Positions 57,499 through 64,000 of a stretch of 64,000 bases of DNA are shown piece by piece. The stretch comes from an uncultured Brevinematales bacterium. Its GTDB lineage: Bacteria; Spirochaetota; Brevinematia; Brevinematales; CAZQBT01. Numbering within the stretch: position 1 is the first letter of the stretch; each line of letters begins with the position of its first letter. Where the stretch lies: the NCBI GenBank assembly GCA_964591955.1, contig CAZQBT010000006.1, positions 1,809-65,808 of the forward strand, read 5' to 3'. Both the position numbers and the translations under genes were made by a program. The notes beneath the pieces were generated by a model, which did no database searches, was not told the origin of the DNA, and worked only from the letters and a program-made list of their open reading frames with translations.

Positions 57499-58500
57499 TT
57501 AATACCGTCTTTTGCAATCCATACCAACTGCTTCACGCACCTTCAGCATAGTTTCTTTAGCGGTTTTCCCCGCACGCATAGTCCCGTCATTCAAAACGTC
57601 GTTTATATAATCTTTATCGTTTATCAATTCGGCGCGTTTTTCTCTAAATTCGGCAAAAAATTCTTCAAGCGCCGCGACTAACTTTTTCTTGCAATCCACG
57701 CACCCCATAGAAGCGGATGTGCAATCATTCCTGATTTGACCGATAAATTCCTCTTCGTTTTTAAAAGCAAGATAATAAGGAAAAAGATTACACTCATCGG
57801 GATGCCCCGGGTCGGTGCGTTTAACTCTTTTAATATCGGTAACCATACTCATAACTTTTTTTCTTACCGTTTCGGCGTCATCGCTAAGATAAATAGCGTT
57901 TTCATAAGACTTGCTCATCTTACGTCCGTCCAGACCGTTGAGTTTTGTAACCTCGCCAAGTATGGGTTCCGGTTCTACAAGAACCCGACATTTATAAATA
58001 TGATGGAATCGCCTGATAATCTCACGGGTTATCTCAAGATGAGGAAGCTGGTCTTTCCCGACCGGAACACGATTTGCCTGATAGACGGCAATATCCGCAG
58101 CCTGAAGCACAGGGTAAGCAAGAAAACCGACATTATCAAGGTCTTTGCCTTTAATCTCCTGCATCTGCTCCTTATATGTGGGGTTTCTTTCAAGCCAGGA
58201 AACCGGAGTTATCATAGAAAAAAGGGAAAACAACTCGCAATGTTCAGGCACATCCGATTGAATAAAAAGCACCGAACGCTTTGGGTCAAGCCCCGCGCAA
58301 AGCCAGTCAACAACCATATTATATATATATTCGGTCGTTTCTTCTTTATACTGCGCTTGGTTAGACGTAAGCGAATGAAGATCGGCAATCATATAATAGG
58401 CTTCATATTCATCCTGAAGTTTAGCCCAGTTTTTTAAAGCGCCGACATAATTGCCGAGATGTAAAAGTCCTGTCGGTTTCATACCGCTAAGAATCCTCAT
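57499..58500 (-). CDS. trpS: Tryptophan--tRNA ligase
   Basis: SGMKPTG.LHLGNY, YPVLQAADI, VPVGKDQ and KMSKS motifs. Confidence 0.97.
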   Translation of the reverse strand: MRILSGMKPTGLLHLGNYVGALKNWAKLQDEYEAYYMIADLHSLTSNQAQYKEETTEYIYNMVVDWLCAGLDPKRSVLFIQSDVPEHCELFSLFSMITPVSWLERNPTYKEQMQEIKGKDLDNVGFLAYPVLQAADIAVYQANRVPVGKDQLPHLEITREIIRRFHHIYKCRVLVEPEPILGEVTKLNGLDGRKMSKSYENAIYLSDDAETVRKKVMSMVTDIKRVKRTDPGHPDECNLFPYYLAFKNEEEFIGQIRNDCTSASMGCVDCKKKLVAALEEFFAEFREKRAELINDKDYINDVLNDGTMRAGKTAKETMLKVREAVGMDCKRRY

Positions 58501-58540
58501 AACTTCTCCTTGACAGCTTATATACTCTTAAGATTTATGC

Positions 58541-59215
58541 TCAAGCAAAAAAGCCCTCGTAAAACCTTTCCGCTCTTTTACGATATTCCTTTATATTCTT
58601 TTCCGTAGCCTTTTTAAGGCTATTATGGTCAATGGGTTCATCTTTCATCCACTCAAAGATAATATTTTCATCCGCCTCTATATGAAACTGAAAGGCATAA
58701 GAATTATCCCCGTATTTAAAAGCCTGATTTCGGTATAATTCGGAGAAGGCAAGTCTCCGCGCTCCATACGGAATATTAAACGTCTCGCTATGCCACTGGA
58801 AAACCGTAACCATCGGATTATCCGCATCAACTAACTTAGAAAATACCGGGTCGTTTAAACCGTCATCCGTTACGGTTATCTTATCCCATCCTATTTCAGG
58901 TTTTGCACCTTTATAGACATCTTCTCCCAATGCGGAAGCTATTAATTGAGCGCCTAAGCAAACACCCAATACTCTCTTTTTGTTATCAATAAAATCCCTG
59001 ATAAGCGCCTCTTCTAAGGAAAGATACGGATAAATCTTTTTATCATGCACGCTCATCGGTCCACCCATTATTATTAATACGTCATAGTCCCTATCCAAGA
59101 TAAGGGGCTCATTTGTGAGTTCTATTATACTGTAACCGATATTATTTTTAGTAAGAAATCCCTCAATTGTCCCGGGACCTTCCTTTTCAATATTCTTTAA
59201 AATTAATGTAGCCAT
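58541..59215 (-). CDS. Class I glutamine amidotransferase-like protein
   Basis: MGGPMSV, GVCLGAQL, QWHSETF and FQFHIE (Cys-His-Glu triad). Confidence 0.9.
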   Translation of the reverse strand: MATLILKNIEKEGPGTIEGFLTKNNIGYSIIELTNEPLILDRDYDVLIIMGGPMSVHDKKIYPYLSLEEALIRDFIDNKKRVLGVCLGAQLIASALGEDVYKGAKPEIGWDKITVTDDGLNDPVFSKLVDADNPMVTVFQWHSETFNIPYGARRLAFSELYRNQAFKYGDNSYAFQFHIEADENIIFEWMKDEPIDHNSLKKATEKNIKEYRKRAERFYEGFFA

Positions 59216-59235
59216 CCCCTGCACCTTTAAATCTT

Positions 59236-59814
59236 TTACTCCAAAACAATATCTTTCTGAAACAAATATCGTATTTGAAACAGGAATGTATCGCGATAAA
59301 CAACATTGAAATACAACGGATTATCCTTAATCTCGCCGGAGTTATTACTCCACAAAATATCAAAAACCATATTTTGGTATTTCAACTTAATACCTTTTTT
59401 CCACTCATAAAAATACTTTTCATATTCGCTTGCGGAATTTTTTATTTCATAATCAAACGTGTCGTTTAATTCAAAAAATTTATCTAAAATGCTTTTATAA
59501 TACTGCAGGAAATCATCAAAATCCGGATTTAAAATATCACCAAACTGATATTTAACCTCAAAAAAATATGTATTACGATGGCGCACATCCATAATAATCT
59601 GATTTTTTGTAATTTTTCTATCGTTTGTAGCCCAATGCATATCAATAAAAACATTACGATATTTTTTAGCCATATCGCTGCGCCAACTTGTAAATACAGC
59701 GTCATAATCAACGGTCATCATTTTTTCCTTAGTATTAAAATGCCCGTTTAAAAAATAGAATTCCGCCAAAATCTGACGGTAAATCAAAAGAAACTTCTCG
59801 ATGTCATAAATCAT
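59236..59814 (-). CDS. Hypothetical protein made of two ~95 aa tandem repeats
   Basis: The two halves align (see finding); no family recognised. Confidence 0.7.
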   Translation of the reverse strand: MIYDIEKFLLIYRQILAEFYFLNGHFNTKEKMMTVDYDAVFTSWRSDMAKKYRNVFIDMHWATNDRKITKNQIIMDVRHRNTYFFEVKYQFGDILNPDFDDFLQYYKSILDKFFELNDTFDYEIKNSASEYEKYFYEWKKGIKLKYQNMVFDILWSNNSGEIKDNPLYFNVVYRDTFLFQIRYLFQKDIVLE

Positions 59815-59885
59815 TTTTAAATCCCGTATTGATTTAATTTATTTCATATTATATAAAAAAAACCGAATTAAATCCAGTTTTAAGC

Positions 59886-60632
59886 TCAAAAACTATAGTC
59901 CTTTTCAATAATATCTTTTACCATATCCGCCACCTCATCCCCTTTCATATCGGACAGACTTTCAATGGAAATCGGCTTATGAATGATTATCTCGATTTTT
60001 TCCTTAGGATTAATATAAAAAGGCTTGCCGGCAGGTTTGAAAGAATAAAGCCCTTGCAAAGTAACAGGCAAAATATCCAAACCGCGTGAGCGGGCAAGTT
60101 TTACAAACCCCTGTTTAAACTCCATAATATATCCGTCTTTAGTCCGCGTTCCTTCGGGAAATATAATAACGGAGCGTTTATTCCCCGCCTGTTTAAGCCC
60201 TCTTTTTAAGGAAGCCGCCGTAGCACGGGCATTTTGCCTGTCGATAGGTATTGCAATACCTAAGGCAAGCGCGTTACCAAAAAAAGGAATCAAAAACAAC
60301 GACCTTTTGGCAACCCATGAAAACATCTTTGTCTGGATTAGGCAAAGCGCCGGTATATCAAACACACTTGAATGGTTTGAACAAATAAGATATGCCTTAT
60401 TATTATCCAAATTTTCCTTGCCGTATATTCTCGGATGCTTTAAACCGACCCAGAAACTAAGTCGTGCCCATACCATTTCTATTAACCAAACTACCCTAAA
60501 AGCCCTCATTAATAAGAAAGGGAGAGCAAGTATGCTGAATACAGCGGTAAAAATAGGAACGCATATATAAGAAAAAATCGTCGCAAGCACAATTCCGAGA
60601 AACAAGACGATTTTTTTTAAAATATCAAGCAA
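59886..60632 (-). CDS. plsC: 1-acyl-sn-glycerol-3-phosphate acyltransferase (PlsC family)
   Basis: NHSSVFD (HX4D), IPIDR, IFPEGTRT and ILPV motifs. Confidence 0.88.
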   Translation of the reverse strand: MLDILKKIVLFLGIVLATIFSYICVPIFTAVFSILALPFLLMRAFRVVWLIEMVWARLSFWVGLKHPRIYGKENLDNNKAYLICSNHSSVFDIPALCLIQTKMFSWVAKRSLFLIPFFGNALALGIAIPIDRQNARATAASLKRGLKQAGNKRSVIIFPEGTRTKDGYIMEFKQGFVKLARSRGLDILPVTLQGLYSFKPAGKPFYINPKEKIEIIIHKPISIESLSDMKGDEVADMVKDIIEKDYSF

Positions 60633-60660
60633 ACCTTTCCTCCGCTAAGTAGAAAATTGA

Positions 60661-61821
60661 CTAAATTTTCATATCCCAGACTCTGAATTTTTTGTAAACC
60701 TCGCCTCCCATTTTTACGATTGCGCGCTTAATGGGTTCATTATCTTCAAGTTCCCATGATAGTTCGGCATCGGTAAGTCCCAAAATTTTTCCCGCCTGAA
60801 AAGGAAGAGTGTAAAGAAAAGCATCAAGCCCCATCTTACGATACCCCGGTTTAACCCCGGCAAGCAAAAGACGCCCTCTTTTAAACTTATTTTTCGGCTT
60901 TATAAAAAGACGCCATACCAATCGCATAACTTGGCGAATATAAATATACCAAAGAGGACATCTGTCTAATCTTCTAAGCGAAAAGGTTACCTCCATAATA
61001 TCATAAACCGCTACCGCCATCGCCACCGGCTCTTTTTTATCCTCAACAATAGTAACCAAACTGTCATCGGTAATCATCGCAAGAGTTTCGGGCATACTAT
61101 CAAATTCGACATCGGTCAATGGGACAAAACCCCAGTTTTCTTTCCAAGCGTCATGGTAAATATTCATTACGGTTTTTATATCTTTGCGAAGCTGTTTTCG
61201 GTTAAGATGGCGTATGGTAAGCCCTTTTTCTTCCGCCTTTTCCTTCAGATGGTTTGCAATACGCAAAACCTTAGGATTAATCTCTTTAGTAAGGTCAAGA
61301 TAAAACGCTATAAGGTCTTTGGCTTTCTGCATACCGTATTTATCACACAAATCCATATAATACATCGGGTTGTGAGGCATAATAGGGTAACGATGAGAAC
61401 CATCGGTTTCAAAAAGCATTCCAAGTTCATCATTGGTGGAAAAACTGAAAGGACCCCGCATAGTATCTTTACCCCTATTCTTAAGCCAATCGCGTGCGGC
61501 ATCGAAAAGAGCATTTGCCGTTTCCTGATCGTTTATACAGGCAAACATCCCCCAAAACCCGACTTTATCTTTCCAGTAGCTGTTATGATTGGGATTATCG
61601 ACAGCGGCAATACGTCCGACAACTTTTCCATCCTTGTAAGCAAGGAAATATTCCGCGTTTGCATGCTTGAAAAAAGGATGCTTTTTTCGGTTGAGCTTAT
61701 CGTATGTGTCCATAAGCAAATCCGGCGCCCAAGTAGGATCATCCCGATAAATATCAAAGGCAAGCCTGATAAAAGAATTCAAATCACGACGGGAAACCAC
61801 TTTCTTAATTTCAACTCCCAT
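60661..61821 (-). CDS. Tandem-GNAT N-acyltransferase resembling the bacterial ceramide synthase (bCerS) family
   Basis: FIRL..IY.DDP.W.P, KHPFFKHA, FLAYKDGKVVGRIAA, MRGPFSFSTNDELG, HNPMYY, AWKENWGFVP, GVKPGYRKMG and ELSWELEDN segments. Confidence 0.7.
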   Translation of the reverse strand: MGVEIKKVVSRRDLNSFIRLAFDIYRDDPTWAPDLLMDTYDKLNRKKHPFFKHANAEYFLAYKDGKVVGRIAAVDNPNHNSYWKDKVGFWGMFACINDQETANALFDAARDWLKNRGKDTMRGPFSFSTNDELGMLFETDGSHRYPIMPHNPMYYMDLCDKYGMQKAKDLIAFYLDLTKEINPKVLRIANHLKEKAEEKGLTIRHLNRKQLRKDIKTVMNIYHDAWKENWGFVPLTDVEFDSMPETLAMITDDSLVTIVEDKKEPVAMAVAVYDIMEVTFSLRRLDRCPLWYIYIRQVMRLVWRLFIKPKNKFKRGRLLLAGVKPGYRKMGLDAFLYTLPFQAGKILGLTDAELSWELEDNEPIKRAIVKMGGEVYKKFRVWDMKI

Positions 61822-63022
61822 TTTTTCCTCCGATTTTTACAGATAATTTATAAATTTCTCTCAAAAACTCCGAGCGAAAAGAGGATAATTCAAGCCCGCG
61901 CCTTTTCATCATCTTCCCTATATCCTCTAAAAACCTGTCTATTTTATAAACCGATTTAAGCCCCCAACTGAAGGGTTTTATATATTTGGGGTATTGCTTT
62001 GCCTCAAGAAACATATTAGTTCCCAAGTCTATTACGCTTCCGGTATTAAGCATAATACCGATACCTATTTTGGAATAATCGCAGATAATTGAGCCGAATT
62101 TTATAGAGTCGGTATTAATCTCTTTTTTATCGATAACAAGTCTTACTTCACCGTAGTTGTTTTTAAGGTCGCTTGTAGTAGCAAGCGCACCGATATTAAC
62201 CCATCTGCCTATATACGAATGCCCGACAAAACCCTCGTGATGTTTATTAGAGAACTCCTCAATAACGGAAGCCTCGACCTCGCCGCCGATTTTGCAATTA
62301 TTTTTAATAGTAGTATCCTCGCGTATTTTTGCGCTGTCTATAACGGAGTTTTTTCCTATATACGCTGGACCATCTATGATAGAAAAAGACCTGACACATG
62401 CTCCGTTGTCTATTACAATAGGGTTATCTCCGGGCTGAAGTGAAACATACTGCTGAACCTCGGCTTTACGATGTATAAACACGTTGTCGCTATGCGATAC
62501 AAATTCGCCGTCTCCTTTTATTAATCTGGAATCCAACCGTATCGCTTTTCCGTTTAAATTTACAATATCCACGATTGACGATATAAAAATTCCGCTTTCA
62601 ACGGTTTCGGTTTTATACCTTGTGGTTATGGAAGCAAAGTCCTGATTCAGAAACAGGTCTATCTCCTCTTTGGAGATATTCTCCTTACGAAAATATACAA
62701 AATCCCCGTCCTTTGTAACTCCGATATGGTTCATTTTCGGTTTAAAATCCTTGCCGGGAATATACAGCGGATTTATTATTGTATGAATGGGGCCGCCGGC
62801 GGAATAAATATCCCCCCCATACTCCCCTTTCAGCAACCCGTAATGGGAATCATTGAAACGAATAGAATAAACCTTGATGTCCTTAAAAACAATACTCCAT
62901 CGTTCAAGCGCATTAAACATACCTGCGGATATTTCCCATAAGAATCTATTTCGGGATACGGGTAAAAAATCCCTGTGTTTTTCGGTTTCAATAAGTAATA
63001 CGGACATTTCAGCTCCTGACAT
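61811..63022 (-). CDS. GlmU-related protein with a degenerate nucleotidyltransferase-like N domain and a hexapeptide (LbH) acyltransferase domain
   Basis: FLPVSRNR..WEISAG N-terminus; GPAYIG, KIGGEVEAS, SNKHHEGFVGHSYIGRWVNIGA and SDLKNNYG motifs. Confidence 0.8.
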   Translation of the reverse strand: MSGAEMSVLLIETEKHRDFLPVSRNRFLWEISAGMFNALERWSIVFKDIKVYSIRFNDSHYGLLKGEYGGDIYSAGGPIHTIINPLYIPGKDFKPKMNHIGVTKDGDFVYFRKENISKEEIDLFLNQDFASITTRYKTETVESGIFISSIVDIVNLNGKAIRLDSRLIKGDGEFVSHSDNVFIHRKAEVQQYVSLQPGDNPIVIDNGACVRSFSIIDGPAYIGKNSVIDSAKIREDTTIKNNCKIGGEVEASVIEEFSNKHHEGFVGHSYIGRWVNIGALATTSDLKNNYGEVRLVIDKKEINTDSIKFGSIICDYSKIGIGIMLNTGSVIDLGTNMFLEAKQYPKYIKPFSWGLKSVYKIDRFLEDIGKMMKRRGLELSSFRSEFLREIYKLSVKIGGKNGS

Positions 63023-63124
63023 ATTAAAATAGACCCAGACATTTTAACTATGTATCGTGAAATTTTCAAGTTAAGTATAATTAAATTTTCAAGGCTTATT
63101 CCGGGTTTAATAATCCGGGATATT

Positions 63125-63195
63125 TAAGTTTTTACTCCTAATTTCCGATAAAGTTTCATTTTTCTATTGACTTTTCGGTATTTTGTATATATACT
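63125..63195 (+). promoter_or_regulatory. Tandem sigma28-like and sigma70-like promoters
   Basis: TAAG-N15-TCCGATAA (63125-63151) and TTGACT-N17-TATACT (63167-63195). Confidence 0.55.
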
Positions 63196-63236
63196 AAATG
63201 TATAGGATAGGATTTTCGTAATTTCGGGAGGAAATT

Positions 63237-63467
63237 ATGGAAGCGGGGATTAAAGGAATTGGAGGAGGCGGTAGTCAAATCCGTTCTCCCCAGATAACCG
63301 AAGAGCAGGCTTTAAATCAACGGGATACTCATATTGAAGATCAGGAAAGAGCCAATGTGAGAGCGGCGGAAATTTCCGCACAAGAGCAGGAAAAAAATCG
63401 TATTGCGGATGAGCAATCAGAGCTTGTTAAGCTTGACTCCTCCGGTGAAATTGATGTTACGGGTTAA
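63237..63467 (+). CDS. Small hypothetical protein (possibly flagellum-associated)
   Basis: GGAGG RBS; MEAGIKGIGGGG N-terminus; C-terminal GEIDVTG. Confidence 0.7.
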   Translation: MEAGIKGIGGGGSQIRSPQITEEQALNQRDTHIEDQERANVRAAEISAQEQEKNRIADEQSELVKLDSSGEIDVTG

Positions 63468-63491
63468 TACTTGTTCAAGGAGGGTGTTATT

Positions 63492-63707
63492 ATGGAAAAC
63501 GGCATTATAGGCATCGGCGGTTTAGGCGGAGATATCAGGGTAATCGGTTCTTCCGGCAGCCCTAATACCAACTTAAGGCGTCTTATTGATGAAGGCAACA
63601 CCAAAGGAAATACCAAGATGTCTAAGGTCGATTCTCAAGGAACTGTGCGCGAAAGTAACGGCCTTAATACCATAGGCACCGGAGTTATGGTTGATATTAC
63701 CGTATAA
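63492..63707 (+). CDS. Small hypothetical protein (possibly flagellum-associated)
   Basis: AGGAGG RBS; MENGIIGIGGLGG N-terminus; C-terminal GTGVMVDITV. Confidence 0.65.
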   Translation: MENGIIGIGGLGGDIRVIGSSGSPNTNLRRLIDEGNTKGNTKMSKVDSQGTVRESNGLNTIGTGVMVDITV

Positions 63708-63886
63708 CAATCACTTTTCAATTATTCTTTCTTACTTTATTTTTCAATTTTAAAAAGTTTATTATATTCAAGGCTTCTTTGATTATAACGAGTTTTATGT
63801 TATTTAGTTGAATTTTTTGGATTTGATAGTTAAAATACTCTATACTCATCCCATTTGTCGTCCGTAATATAAGGAGGTGCGTGAAA

Positions 63887-64000
63887 ATGGGTTTTCCCGC
63901 AATATTTACGCTAATTGTTGTGCTTTTGATGCTTATTGCGTTGGCAAGCGAATTTATAAGCTCGGACTTTGTAATGTTTTTTGCGCTTAGCGCACTTTTA
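63887..64000 (+). CDS. Membrane permease N-terminus (possibly SLC13/TrkA-C type), truncated by the window end
   Basis: AAGGAGG RBS; the open frame reads MGFPAIFTLIVVLLMLIALASEFISSDFVMFFALSALL to the window end. Confidence 0.55.
   Translation, partial: MGFPAIFTLIVVLLMLIALASEFISSDFVMFFALSALL

Noticed and set aside
57736..58437. 233 aa plus-strand ORF
   Set aside because: Antisense shadow of trpS with no motif
61153..61959. 268 aa plus-strand ORF
   Set aside because: Antisense shadow of the GNAT/bCerS-like gene with no motif
1..64000. CRISPR array, tRNA/rRNA, integrase, IS or prophage
   Set aside because: I saw no regularly spaced direct repeats, tRNA T-loop signatures or mobile-element ORFs; the phage-like segments are short domains inside host genes

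Overview
A 64 kb, gene-dense, AT-rich chromosomal segment. It is most likely from an anaerobic spirochaete, inferred from the spirochaete-style FliD, bactofilin and lipoprotein signal. I found no rRNA, tRNA, CRISPR array, transposase or prophage. Much of the window is housekeeping: split transketolase, aroB, purL, hisG, map, nadB, xth, proS, trpS-scpA-scpB, pheA and suhB. Four regions stand out. (1) 23.4-30.2 kb: a group 3b [NiFe]-hydrogenase operon with an unusual maturation tail. It has a His-rich Ni permease, a HypA with its Zn-finger cleanly deleted, and a single-ORF fusion of a HypC domain to a HydE-like radical SAM enzyme (an [FeFe]-maturase family). hypB/D/E/F are absent from the window, and an [FeFe]-hydrogenase gene lies at the window start. 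(2) 15.2-21.2 kb: a cysD-cysN-cysteate synthase-cysteate acyltransferase-cysH cluster with no sulfite reductase and a degenerate APS-kinase domain. It looks like a dedicated sulfate-to-sulfonolipid (capnine) pathway, and a bacterial ceramide-synthase-like N-acyltransferase sits at 60.7-61.8 kb. (3) 47.1-49.2 kb: a FliD flagellar cap homologue with an apparent Sec signal peptide. (4) 49.4-51.0 kb: a sugar ABC permease with a ~240 aa duplicated insertion resembling phage baseplate-J segments. All family calls come from motif recognition by eye, not from database searches.
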